Below the pieces are notes generated by a model. It saw nothing but the letters and a program-made list of their open reading frames with translations, was not told where the DNA came from and searched no databases. Both the position numbers and the translations under genes were made by a program. Positions 1 to 12,310 of a stretch of 64,000 nucleotides of DNA are shown here, piece after piece. The stretch's first letter is position 1. Each line of letters starts with the position of its first letter. Origin of the DNA: Squalus acanthias (Eukaryota); the NCBI GenBank assembly GCA_030390025.1, contig CM059433.1, positions 8,124,001-8,188,000 of the forward strand, in the 5' to 3' direction.

Positions 1-96
1 GCAAACTTCACCGCGCCTGGGCGCTAGATGCTTTGCGCCCCATTAGCGCCCTCTTAAGGCGCTAACGGGAGGCGCAACCACCTGAATTTTTCCCCC
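1..96. mobile_element. Right end of PIF/Harbinger-type MITE (family A)
   Basis: Ends in CTGAATTTTTCCCCC, the same terminal inverted repeat as the complete copies at 6087-6979 and 9662-10546. Confidence 0.85.
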
Positions 97-600
97 ATAG
101 AGTTATACAGCACAGAAAGAGGCCCTTCGGCCCATCGTGTCTGCGCCGGCCATCAAGCCCTATCTATTTTAATCCCATTTTCCAGCACTTGGTCCATAGC
201 CTTGTATGCTATGGCGTTTCAAGTGCTCATCTAAATGCTTCTTGAATGTTGTGAGGGTTCCTGCCTCTACCACCCTTTCAGGCAGTGAGTTCCAGATTCC
301 AACCACCCTCTGGGTGAAAAAGTTTTTCCTCAAATCCCCTCTAAACCTCCTGCCCCTTACCTTGAAACTATGCCCCCTGGTTATTGACCCCTCTACTAAG
401 GGGAAAAGTTCCTTTCTATCTACCCTATCTATGCCCCTCATAATTTTGTACACCTCAATCAGGTCCCCCCTCAGCCTTCTCTGCTCTAAGGAAAACAACC
501 CCAGCCTGTCCAGCCTCTCTTCATAGCTGAAGCGCTCCAGCCCAGGTAACATCCTGGTGAATCTCCTCTGCACCCTCTCCAATGCAATCACAACCTTCCT
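97..600 (-). mobile_element. CR1/HER1 LINE 3' fragment
   Basis: ORF 169-591 gives the CR1 ORF2 C-terminus (LERVQRRFTRM...RRLRGDLIEVYK...FFTQRVVGIWNSLP), followed by 3' UTR and microsatellite tail. Confidence 0.95.
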
Positions 601-1974
601 TATATAGTGCTACATAAATACAAGTCTTTCTTTCTTTCTTTCAGTATCCGCGCTGATACAAATGTTGATCAAAACTCCGGCACAAAACCGCAGTGCCGCT
701 GCAAAGAGGTGTCATTGAAAATTGATTGCACGACAGAAACATCGCCTGCACTTCAAACAAACCACACAGTGCCAGCACAAGCCGTCAGGAAAATCACAAC
801 TGCCTACACTTCAGAGTATGAATTGCATCTGGTGTAGTTATCATGTCGGCGACTTTTACACCCGGCGACCAGGCTTGGAGGAATCAGCGGGTCTTTTTTT
901 TTGCAGAAATGTCACGCCCAGCTTTTTGCAGCTCCTAAAACCCTGCAGGAGAGAGCGATTTACATATGAAGCTTTGCAATAATTAATGTTTCGGTGGAGG
1001 AACCGGGCTGGGCTGCTGCCACGTCAAGGCGGCGTGTTGGGTTTTGGGTGAATCCAGTGCCGAGGACGATGCTGTGTGTCAGATATGCTGGAAGTGATTT
1101 TACGGGAGAAGGGCAGTCTCGGGCCAAGGACATTGCTTCCACCGTCTCGGAGCTCTGTACACCGTTTGTAAATGCCAAGTCACGGCTGTTTCATTAAACA
1201 GCTATTGATGGTTATCACGCCAATGTGAGAGGAGGTCTGGTGTATTGATAAGGAGTTTCCCTCAACAGTAAAAGGTACAAATGCAAATCGAGCAGCAAAA
1301 TCCTGTTACCGAGACATGAAGATGTAGCAGTAACCGCAAGGGCAGGAAATCGATTTGGCGACGCAGGCACACCATTGCTGTTTTTGCCCTGCTGTTAAGT
1401 AGGTGTTCACGCAGATAAGTTATCTGTCGGAACACAACCCTCCCCCTCACAGGAAAGAAATTGGCTTGGTGGCAGCTAATACCTGATACCCGGCAATAAT
1501 TAAAAGTTAATCTTTCAAATCCTTCATGGTTCACGTAGCTATTTACATCTGGTTAGCAAAGCAAGCAAGTAAGCTTCGAGCGTTCGGCGCTCTGGTACTT
1601 AACCTGGTACGAGATGGGTGAAGTTGGATTAAAGTGGAAAGAGGAGACAGTGATGTTTTTGCCTCTTGCGATTGTATCTGGCCCACATCACACTTGTGAA
1701 AATAAGATGTAAATGCTACTAGAAAAGTTGTCAGTGTTGGCCTGGAACTTGAAGACTTTCCCCGCACAACCAAGAATTCATATGCACCTCTACCAAGTGG
1801 CCAAGGTTTCTTTTTTGTTTAATAAAATGAACCTAACATGGCCTGATGGTACAGCTCTGTGTGTCATGGAATAGTTAGATGTAAGCTTTCCATTTGTATT
1901 TGCCTAGAGTGTGAATTTCTGACCTTGCGAGTAAAGGATAGCAATGTACAGAGCATCAACAACCATGCATGGCT

Positions 1975-3666
1975 CTGGTAGGAGTTAGCTACAGACCTCC
2001 TGACAGTAGTGATGTAGTGGGGGGACAGGGGAGTGTCTATGGATGTCGTCTATATGGACTTCCAGAGGCATTTGATAAGTGATTATTATCAAAATACACA
2101 AACCTGGAGGGACCCTTGTGACATGGGTTGGTAATTGGTTGGAAGATGGGAAACAGAGTAAGGATAAAGGGAATGTTCTCAGATGGGTGTGATGTGACAA
2201 GTGGTGTTCCCCAGGGATCTGTACTGGGGCCTCACCTTTTCACCATATATATATTATTAATGACTTGGATTAAGGAATAGAGAGTTGTATATCCAAGTTT
2301 GCAGATGGCACTAAGTTAGGGGGCAGAGTACATTGTGTAGATGGGAGCAGGCAGGTTGCAAAGGGACTTGGATTAGGTGAGCGAGCAAAACTGTCGCAGG
2401 TGGAGTTCAATGTGGGGTCATCCACTTGGATCCAAAAAAGACAAATTGGAATATTCTCTTGAAAGGCGAGAGACTAGGAATTGTGGAGGAGCCAAGGAAT
2501 TTGGGTGCCCAAGTGCACATATCACTAAAAGCACAGGTACAATAAGTACTTAGAACGCCTAATGGAATGTTGGCCTTTATCTCAAGAGGATTGTAATAGA
2601 AAGGGTAGGAAGTGATGCTTTAGTCGTGCAGAGTGTCGGTCAACCCCATCTGGAATGCTGCGTTCAGTTTTGGACATCACACTTAGAAAGGATATATTGG
2701 CCTTTGGTACAGTTCAGATTCACCAGAATGATACCAGGGCTTAAAAGAGTTAAATTATGAGGGCAGGCTGCATAAGCTTGGGTTATGTTCCCTTGAGTTT
2801 TGAAGGTTGAGGGGTGATCTAATTGAGGTGTTTAACATGTCAAAAGGAATTGATTGAGCAGATGCAGAGCAGCTATCTCCTCTAGTGAGTCAGAAGGTTG
2901 TGGGTTCAAGTCCCACTCCAGGGACTTGAGCACATAAATCTAGGCTGACACTCCCAGTGCAGTACTGAGGGAGTGCCGCACTGTCGGAGGTGCCGTCTTT
3001 CGGATGAGACGTTAAACCGAGGCCCCGTCTGCTCTCTCCGGTGGACGTAAAAGATCCTATTTCGAAGAAGAGCAGGGGAATTATCCCCGGTGTCCTGGGG
3101 CCAATATTTATCCCTCATAACAACAGAACAAAAATAGATTATCTGGTCATTATCACATCGCTGTTTGCGGGAGCTTGCTGTGAGCAAATTGGCTGCCGCG
3201 TTTCCCACATTACAACAGTGACTCCACTTCAAAAAGTACTTCATTGGCTGTAAAGTGCTTTGAGACGTCCGGTGGTCGTGAAAGGCGCTATAGAAATGCA
3301 AGTCTTTCTTTTTTTCTTTCTTTCTAGTGGGGTGGGGGATCCAGAATAAGGGGCCACAATCTTAAAATGAGAGCTAAACCATTTAGGAGTGAAATCAGGA
3401 AACACCTTTTCACACAAAAGCTAGTGGCAATCGGGATTTCTCTCCCCCCAAAAGGCTGTGGATGGTGGGTCAATTGAAATGTTCAAGATTGAGAGCGACA
3501 ACTTTTTTTTATTAGGTAAGGGTATCAAGGGATATGGATTAAAGGTGGGTAAATGGGGTTGAGGTACAGATCAGCCATGATGTGCTTAAATGGCGGAGCA
3601 GGCTAAGGCAGTGGGTGGTGGGGTGAGGGGGTTGAATGTCCTACTCCTGCTCCTTATGTTCCTATG
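1975..3666 (+). mobile_element. Degraded CR1 RT fragment, interrupted by a SINE at 2888-3322
   Basis: Decayed [17 protein letters not shown] and SKFAD motifs, plus CR1 3' tail (cctactcctgctcc..tatgttcctatg). Confidence 0.85.
2888..3322 (+). mobile_element. SacSINE1-like Deu-domain SINE, slightly 5'-truncated
   Basis: B-box GGTTCAAGTCC, Deu core (gagggagtgccgcactgtcggaggtgccgtctttcggatgagacgttaaacc), L2-like tail ending (CTTT)n; TSD TCTAGTG at 2881-2887 and 3323-3329. Confidence 0.85.
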
Positions 3667-4522
3667 AGAGAGTGGATGAGTGAAATTGTGGCATCTCTTT
3701 AGCCGTGAAGAGAAAGCCTACAAGGAGGTTATAGGCTATCTTCCATCAGGAAATGGTCCGTGGTAGAAGAGGGACATAAGAAAATAGGTGAAAAATAACT
3801 TACAAATACAGGAGAAAAAAAAAACCCCAATTAAAACAAGACAAAAATGTACCGCATTAGTTGCTCATATGTCCCAACGGATAGGGTCAGTGCAACACAA
3901 CAACTGCAGATTCCTCCAAAGCCAATCTGTTCCTCGCTGTGTTTTCCCAGTCGGGTTGCCTAATAGCACGCTAAAAGCTCATCTTCCCATCGAGCAGATG
4001 CAAAGCCTCATGTCCAAACCTGATAGAGTCACTGTAGAGATGGAATATCCAACTAGCACCTAATTCAGCCATTTCCCGAGCAGATGGTGCGGTGCTGCAG
4101 GCAAGATCTCCCTGTTAATTACCAGCCCCGCGTACAGATGGAAATGTCAGTCAGTCTGTGAGACTCTGGTTCCTCTGTTTGCCTCTGTCCGCATGCCTCG
4201 AACAAAGTGAAAAGGCTTCACTGCCAAAACAGGCCTCATGCACCGAGCAGCTGGCAGTTTAAACAACAAACTTTCAATTGGTGAAAGGAAAAAGACAGCT
4301 CAAGTAGGAACAGCCAGCATAGGCCGCCACGGTGCTAAATTTAGATTGTGGTATGTGTACTGTCATGATTAGATCTTATCATAGAGTTGGAAAGCATTTC
4401 TGTGCATTTGTTGAGAGGATGTGCTTACTTCGGGAAAGAGCTTTTTTATATTATACTTTTTGATGCTTTGTGTTATGTTAATTGTAGGAACAGTCTCTCT
4501 CTTGAAATAATCAATTATACTG

Positions 4523-6086
4523 GTACTAACACTAATAATAACGCTAATGCTAACACTAACACTAATACGAATGCTAACACTAATACTAACGCTAACACTA
4601 ATACTAATGCTAACATTAATGCTAACACTAATGCTAACACTAATACTAACGCTAATGCTAACACTAATACTAATGCTAACACTAATACTAATGCTAATAC
4701 TAATGCTAACACTAATACTAACGCTAATGCTAACACTAATACTAATGCTAACACTAATACTAATGCTAACACTAATGCTAACACTAATATTAATGCTAGT
4801 ACTAATGCTAATGCTAATACTAATGCTAACACTAATGCTAATGCTAACATTAATGCTAATACTAATACTAATGCTAACACTAATGCTAACACTAATGCTA
4901 ACACTAATACTAATGCTAACACTAATGCTAATACTAATACTAATACTAACGCCAACACTAATGCTAATACTAATACTATCGCTAACACTAATGCTAACAC
5001 TAATACTAATACTAACGCTCACACTAATATTAATGCTAACACTAATGCTAATGCTAATACTAATGCTAACACTAATGCTAATACTAATACTAATACTAAC
5101 GCTAACACTAATGCTAATACTAATACTAATACTATCACTAACACTAATGCTAACACTAATGCTAACACTAATATTAATGCTAACACTAATGCTAATACTA
5201 ATGCTAACACTAATGCTAATTCTAATGCTAACACTAATGCTAATACTAATGCTAACACTAATACCAATGCTAACACTAATGCTAACACTAATATTAATGC
5301 TAACACTAATGCTAATGCTAATACTAATACTAATACTAATACTAACACTAATATTAATGCTAACACTAATGCTAACACTAATATTAATGCTAACACTAAT
5401 GCTAATGCTAATGCTAATGCTAACACTAATGCTAATGCTAATACTAATACTAATACTAATACTAACACTAACATTAATGCTAACACTAATGCTAATGCTA
5501 ATACTAATGCTAACACTAATGCTAACACTAATACTAATACTAACGCTAACACTAATGCTAACACTAATATTAATGCTAACACTAATAATGCTAATACTAA
5601 TGCTAACACTAATACTAATGCTAACACTAATGCTAATACTAATACTAATACTAATGCTAACACTAACGCTAACATTAATACTAAGGCTAACACTAATGCT
5701 AACACTAATACTAATACTAACGCTAACACTAACGCTAACACTAATGCTAACACTAACACTAATACTAATGCTAACACTAACGCGAACACGAATACTAATA
5801 CTAACGCTAACACTAATGCTAACACTAATGCTAACACTAATGCTAATGCTAACACTAATACTAACGCTAACACAAATGCTAACACTAATGCTCACAATAA
5901 TATTAATGCTAACACTAATGCTAATGCTAATACTAATGCTAACACTAATACTAATGCTAACACTAATGCTAACACTAATGCTAAGGCTAACACTAATATT
6001 AATGCTAACACTAATGCAAACACTAATACTAATGCTAACACTAATGCTAATACTAAGGGTAATACTATTGCTAAAACTAATACTAA
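4523..6086. repeat. Degenerate hexamer satellite (RCTAAY)n, ~1.56 kb
   Basis: Continuous mix of ACTAAT, GCTAAT, ACTAAC and GCTAAC units; explains the low-complexity ORFs on both strands. Confidence 0.97.
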
Positions 6087-6979
6087 GGGGGAAAAATTCA
6101 GTATCGCTCCGTTTGGGCCGCAATTATCGGCCGGGCGCAAAGATTAGCGCCTGACGCTAATTATCGCCTCCGACTGCAAACTTGACTTTTATTGCCCCTG
6201 GAGGTGATTGGAGCGCTAAATCAGGCGCTACACATCTGTCTTAAGGCGCAAAGGCCGAGGAGCGAGGCGCTAACTCAGAGCACTGGCGAAGCTCATATGA
6301 TGTCAGTCAGCAATGGAACACAGACACAATGGCCCCGGCCAGTTCTTAAAGGGGAGGGTTGATCTTGCTTTCCATCCACATACTGCTCATTGCAGCCTTG
6401 AATCTCGGCCTGGAGAGACCTGTACATCAAATCTGCTGGAAAGAACAATGGAGAGGCCCATGGAAAGAGCTCAAAGTGCAGCCCCCACAGTCTCTTCTAA
6501 ATCGATACAAGGAAGGGCAAATCGAAATGAACCTGCAAAGTGCTGCTCAGTACACAAAACTCCTTCACACAGCGTTGAATCTCTCCAGAAGTCTCTCTCT
6601 CTCTCTCTCAGAATGCGTGGTTCAAAAATGTCGCCAACAAAAAAAGGCAGGAAGCGGTCGCCTTTAAATAGCGCTCCCCCAGTCCCTTCCTGACTGCAAA
6701 ACACTCCCCTTAACCTGTCGTTGCTAGCGTCAGGCGGTAAGGCAGGGGGCGCCACTCAATATCCGCTCCGGGGCGCTACAGGGGCGTTGCGCACTCGACT
6801 GACATCACGATCTGCTGGCGCAGGAGATCGTGGCGGTACTGTTTAGCGCCGCCGCAAAATGTCTAGTTAATTTCGCGAGCAGCGCAAACATCGCCACGCC
6901 CGGGCGCTAGTTGCTTTGCGCCCCATTAGCGCCCTCTTAAGGCGCTAACGGGAGGTGCAACCAACTGAATTTTTCCCCC
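6087..6979. mobile_element. PIF/Harbinger-type MITE family A, complete
   Basis: 15-bp TIR GGGGGAAAAATTCAG...CTGAATTTTTCCCCC; 3-bp TSD TAA (6084-6086, 6980-6982). Confidence 0.9.
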
Positions 6980-6989
6980 TAAGTATTTA

Positions 6990-8185
6990 ACCAACAGAGA
7001 GTGTTGATGAGGGCAATGCGGTTGATGTGGTGTACATGGATTTCCAAAAGGCGTTTGATAAAGTGCCACATAATAAGCTTGCCAGCAAAGTTGAAGCCCA
7101 TGGAATAAAAGGGACAGTGGCAGCATGGATACGAAATTGGCTAAGTGACAGGAAACAGAGAGTAGTGGTGAACGGTTGTTCTTCGGACTGGAGGAAGGTA
7201 TACACACAGTGGTGTTCCCCAGGGGTCGGTTCTAGGACCACTGCTTTTCTTGATATACATTAATCACTTGGATGTGGGTGTACAGGGCACAATTTCAAAA
7301 TTTACAGATGACACAAAACTTGGAAGTATAGTGAAGAGTGAGGAGGAAGACATAGACAGGCTGGTGGAATGGGCGGACACGTGGCAGATGAAATTTAACA
7401 CAGAAAAGTGCGAAGTGATACATTTTGGTAGAAAGAATGAAGAGAGGAAATATAAGCTAAAGGGTACAATCCTAAAGTGGGTGCATGAACAGGGCGACCT
7501 GGGGGTATGTGTGCACAAATCGTTGAAGGTGGCAGGGCAGGTTGAGAAAGCAGTTAAAAAGGCTTACGGGATCCTGGGCTTCATGAATGGAGATATAGAG
7601 TACAAAAGCGTGGAAATTATGATGAACCTATATAAAACACTGGTTCGGCCTCAACTGGAGCATTGTGTCCAATTCTGGGCACCACACTTTAGGAAGGATG
7701 TGAAGGCCTTCGAGAAGGTGCAGAAAAGATTTACGAGAATGGTTCCAGGGATGAGGGATTTCAGTTATGTGGATAGACTGGAGAAGCAGGGTTTATTCTC
7801 CTCAGAGCAGAGAAGGTTGAGAAGATTTGATAGAGGTGTTCAATATCATGAGAGGTCTAGACAGAGTAGATAGAGAGAAACTGTTCCCATTGGCGGAAGG
7901 GTCGAGAACCAGAGGACACAGATTTAAGGTGATTGGCAGAAGAACCAAAGGCGGCATGAGGAAAAACTTTTTTACGCAGCGAGTGGTTAGGATCTGGAAT
8001 GCGCTGCCTGAAAGTCTGGTGGAGGCAGACTCAATCGTGGCTTTCAAAAGGGAGTTGGATAAGTATCTGAAAGAAAGTAATTTGCAGGGCTACGGGGAAA
8101 GAGCGGGGGAGTGGGACTAGCTGAGAGCCAGCATGGGCTCGACGGGCCGAATGGCCTTCTTCCCTGCCATGATTCCATGATTCTA
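6990..8185 (+). mobile_element. CR1 LINE 3' fragment (frameshifted RT)
   Basis: ORFs 7027-7263, 7250-7873 and 7827-8120 carry CR1 RT and C-terminal motifs; (ATTCYATG) tail. Confidence 0.95.
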
Positions 8186-8536
8186 TAAAACTAATGCTAA
8201 TATGTTGAAAAGTAACGGGACAGTAAGGTCCAACACGGCACCTTATATAGGTGCAGTGTTATTCAACGTTACTTGACCATGAGTGAAGAGATTGCATTTA
8301 AACGTAGATAAAGGGAATGAGGATGCCTGCGACACTCCAAAGAAGAAACGGGAAAGGGGGCCTGTTCCTTTCAGACTGAGTGACTATCAGAGCCCAAATT
8401 TAAAGAGTGGATTGCAAAAACATAACGATACAGTGAAAATTTAATTTTCTATTAAAAATAAAGCTGTGAGAAAGCACATGAACACACGGTGCGGGGGGGG
8501 GCAATTGTAATCTAAACTGACAGGATTGGGCGCAAT

Positions 8537-9092
8537 GTGTGCAGTTTTGGTCACCTTATCTGAGGAAGGATGTTCTTGCCATGGAGGGAGTGCAGCGAAG
8601 ATTTACCAGGCTGATACCTGGGATGGCAGGAATGACGTATGAAGGGAGATTGGGACGATTAGGCTTATATTCGCTAGAGTTTCGAAGAATGAGAGGGGAT
8701 CTCATTGAAACTTATAAAATTCTAACAGGACTAGACAGACTAGATGCAGGAAGGATGTTCCCGATGGCCGGGGAGTCCAGAACCAGGGGTCACAGTCTAA
8801 GGATAAGGGGTAAGCCATTTAGGACAGAGATGAGGAGGAATTTCTTCACCCAGAGAGTGGTGAACCTGTGGAATTCTCTACCACACAAGGCAGTTGAGGC
8901 CAATTCATTAAATATATTCAAGAAGGAGTTGGATATATTTCTTAAGGCTAAAGGGATCAAGGGATATGGGGAGAAAGCAGGGACAGGGTACTGAATTTGG
9001 ATGATCAGCCATGATCGCAGTGAATGGCGGAGCAGGCTCGAGGGGCCGAATGGCCTACTCCTGCTCCTATCTTCCATGTTTCTATGTTTCTA
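8537..9092 (+). mobile_element. CR1 LINE 3' fragment
   Basis: ORF 8539-8994 is the CR1 C-terminus; (TTTCTATG) tail. Confidence 0.95.
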
Positions 9093-9661
9093 CATGCCAC
9101 CTGATTTTACTCTCCATTGCAGTCAATGAAGGGTAGTATTGGTGAGGTGTAAAACCGGCGTTCCACCCGGCCCGGCTAGATATTTTGCAACCAAAGACAG
9201 TCCTGAGGAGACTCGTGTCGTTGCTGTGGAGGTCGATTATGTGCAGCATGCAGCTGTGCGGCTACTTGTCGCATTTATGGCGGGACGAAGCTAGCTGCTG
9301 GAGTACTTTCAGATTCAGAGTCGGGTCATAAAAATTCACAGTGGGGGAGCAGCGTGGAAGATATTTTGGGGCCCGATTCTGTTGACCTGCTGCGGTACAA
9401 TCTCAAAGAGAGCCAGGTGGAAATTGGTTTCCGGCCCATTTTCAGGACCCCCCCCAAAAAATAAGCGACACGCTGCCAGCTGGAGGCCTGGTGCACACCC
9501 AAAATTGGGCCTCGGGCCTTCTTTTAACAACATGGGTGAGCTGCTGGCACCCACTGCATCTGCAGAGGCAACTGGCCTGCCATGGGAGATGAAATTTTGG
9601 GCCTGCTGCCTCGGCCCGGCAGTATCCCTCGGCTAAGTCCCGGTGGGGTCATAGAGTCATA

Positions 9662-10546
9662 GGGGGAAAAATTCAGTATCGCCCCATTTGGGGCGCAATT
9701 ATCGGCCGGGCGCAAAGATTAGTGCCTGGCGCTAATTATCGCCTCCGACTGCAAACTTGACTTTTATCGCCCCTGGAGGTGATTGGAGCGCTAAATCAGG
9801 CGCTACACACCTGTCTTAAGGCGCTAACGCCGAGGAGCGAGGCGCTACCTCAGAGCTCTGGCGAAGCTCATGTGATGTCAGTCAGCAATGGAACACACAC
9901 ACAATGGCGCCGGCCAGTTCTTAAAGGGGTGGGTTGATCTTGCTTTCCATCCACATCCTGCTCATTGCAGCCTTGAATCTCGGCCTGGAGAGACCTGTAC
10001 ATCAAATCTGCTGGAAAGAACAATGGAGAGGCCCATGGAAAGAGCTCAAAGTGCAACCCCCACAGTCTGTTCTAAATCGATACAAGGAAGGTCAAATCAA
10101 AATGAACCTGCAAAATGCTGCTCAGTACCCAAAACTCCTTCACACAGCGTTGAATCTCTCCAGAAGTCTCTCTCTCTCAGAATGCGTGGTTCAAAATGTC
10201 ACCAACAAAAAAAGGCAGGAAGCGGTCGCCTTTAAATAGCGCTCCCCCAGTCCCTTCCTGACTGCAAAACGCTCCCCTCAACCTGTCGTTGCTAGTGCCA
10301 GGCGGTAAGGCAGGGGCGCCACACAATATCTGCTCCGGGGCAATACCGGGGCATTGCGCACTTGACTGACGTCACGATCTGCCGGCGCAGGAGATCGTGG
10401 TGGTACTGTTTAGCGCCGCCGCAAAATGCCTAGTTAATTTCGCGAGCGGCGCAAACATCGCCGCGCCCGGGCGCTAGTTGCTTTGCGCCCCATTAGTGCC
10501 CTCTTAAGGCGCTAACAGGAGGCGCAACCAACTGAATTTTTCCCCC
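9662..10546. mobile_element. PIF/Harbinger-type MITE family A, complete, inserted in a CR1 tail
   Basis: Same 15-bp TIRs; TSD ATA (9659-9661, 10547-10549); highly similar to 6087-6979 along its whole length. Confidence 0.9.
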
Positions 10547-10681
10547 ATAGAGTTATACAGCACAGAAAGAGGCCCTTCGGCCCATCGTGTCCGCGCCGGC
10601 CATCAAGCCCTGTCTATTTCTAATCCCATTTTCCAGCACTTGGTCCGTAGCCTTGTATGCTATGGTGTTTCAAGTGCTCAT
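10547..10681 (-). mobile_element. Very short CR1 3' end (tail continues at 9650-9661)
   Basis: Near-identical to 97-230. Confidence 0.9.
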
Positions 10682-10914
10682 GTGAGGGTGGGAAGAAGAA
10701 TAGGAAAAGTGCGATTGCATTCCAGCAGCACTCCTGCTCCTCCTGGCTCCGTAGACAGGTAAGTTATAAATAAGCTTACTTTTCGGTGGTGGCCACTTGC
10801 TTGAATCCCCAGCAATCCCACCAAAACCGGAGCAGAGTAGGCTCGATGCCCGCTCGGCTCGCAGCTGACCAACATTGCCGAGGGGTCCTTAAACAGGTAG
10901 TAGGCCCCTCAAAG

Positions 10915-11328
10915 AGTGGTGTGGGGAGAAGCGGGTTTCGATTCATGGGGCACTGGCACCAGTACTGGGGAAAGAGGGAGCTGTTCCATCGGGACGGGCT
11001 CCACTTAAACCGGGCTGGGACCAACGTCCTGGCAAATCGAATAACTAGGGCAGTAGATAGGGCTTTAAACTGTGGGGGTAGGGGGTCAGGTGAGGGGAAA
11101 TTTAGAAATCTAAAGAGAAAGGTCAAGGTAATAGAGTAGTGTAGTGATTTGGGTAAAAATAAGCAGAGTGTGACAGGAAGGGACAAAAAGTTTAACAGTA
11201 GCAGTGCAGCAGAGAATAAGGTCAAAGCAGGGAATAATGGTAAAAAATTTAAATTAAAGGCTCTTTATCTGAATGCACAAAGCATTCGTGACAAGATAGA
11301 CGAACTAGTGGCACAAATAGAGATATAT
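10915..11328 (+). mobile_element. CR1 internal fragment: ORF1 SGNH-esterase C-terminus and ORF2 endonuclease start
   Basis: GFRFMGHWHQYWGKRELFHRDGLHLN (DGLH motif), then LYLNAQSIRDKIDEL. Confidence 0.85.
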
Positions 11329-11781
11329 GGCGTTGGACCAATTTCAGGTGTCCTTGGAGTGCCTTGTGAAACTGGTCATTCTTGTCCACCTTTTCTGCCC
11401 AGAAAAACAGGTGCAATCAGAACCAATCTCTATCCCAATAAGTAATTTTTCCTAGCCACTGATACCTCAAATGATAGCAACATTAAGTGCGACCCATTAG
11501 TTCCGCAATATTTTTCTGCGTCCAGTGGAGTTAGAGAGGGTTTGCTTGATTGTTACAAAGTCTTTGAAGATACAACCGCTGCTGTAAGCAACAAAATATG
11601 CCCAATTTTGGATGACTTTGTCTTGACGATGGAACATTTGGTATCCCTTGTGGGTGGCAATGGATCAGCTAATTATGGGGAAAACATTCTGTATTTTGCA
11701 ACTTGAAAACATCACAGCCTAACTTGCTGAAAACTAACTAACTGCAAAACCCATGGGCTGCCGAACACGGCCAAGCAAGGA

Positions 11782-12310
11782 TGTAAGGAAGGATGTACTT
11801 GCCACAGAGGGAGTGCAACGAAGGTTCACGAGATTGATTCCTGGGATGGCAGGACTGTCGTATGAGAAGAGATTGAGTAAACTAGGCCTGTATTCTCTTG
11901 AATTCAGAAGAATGAGAGGGGACCTCATTGAAGCATACAAAATTATTACAGGGCTTGATAGGGTGGATGCTGGGAGAATGTTTCCCTTGGCTGGGGAGTC
12001 TAGAACCAGGGGCCACAGCCTCAGGATAAAGGGTAGGCCATTCAGGACTGAGATGAGAAGAAATTTCTTCACACAGAGGGTGGTGAATCTTTGGAATTCT
12101 CTACCCCAGAGGGCTGTGGAGGCTCAGTCATTGGGTATATTCAAAACAGAAGTCGATAGATATCTGACTAGTAAGGGCATCAAGGGATATGGCGATAGGG
12201 CCGGTGAATGGAGTTGAGGCAGAAGATCAGCCATGATCTCATTGAATGGCGGAGCAGGCTCGAAGGGCCGAATGGCCTACTCCTGCTCCTATTTCTTATG
12301 TTCTTATGTA
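11782..12310 (+). mobile_element. CR1 3' fragment inserted in the hAT fossil
   Basis: ORF 11753-12217; ATGTAAG at both junctions. Confidence 0.92.

Larger units (their letters stand above)
9365..10910. mobile_element. Older GC-rich MITE remnant (9365-9649 and 10682-10910) split by a CR1 tail plus a family A MITE
   Basis: Starts ggggcccgatt like other Harbinger-type ends; agcactcctgctcctcctggc motif shared with the MITE near 17240. Confidence 0.4.

Noticed and set aside
3930..4063. Acceptor-like tgttttcccag followed by a short open frame
   Set aside because: No recognisable protein similarity; a frame this short is expected by chance
4369..6154. 500+ aa ORFs on both strands (poly-TN/AN, SI/SV, LM/LT)
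   Set aside because: Artefacts of a hexamer satellite that lacks stops in several frames
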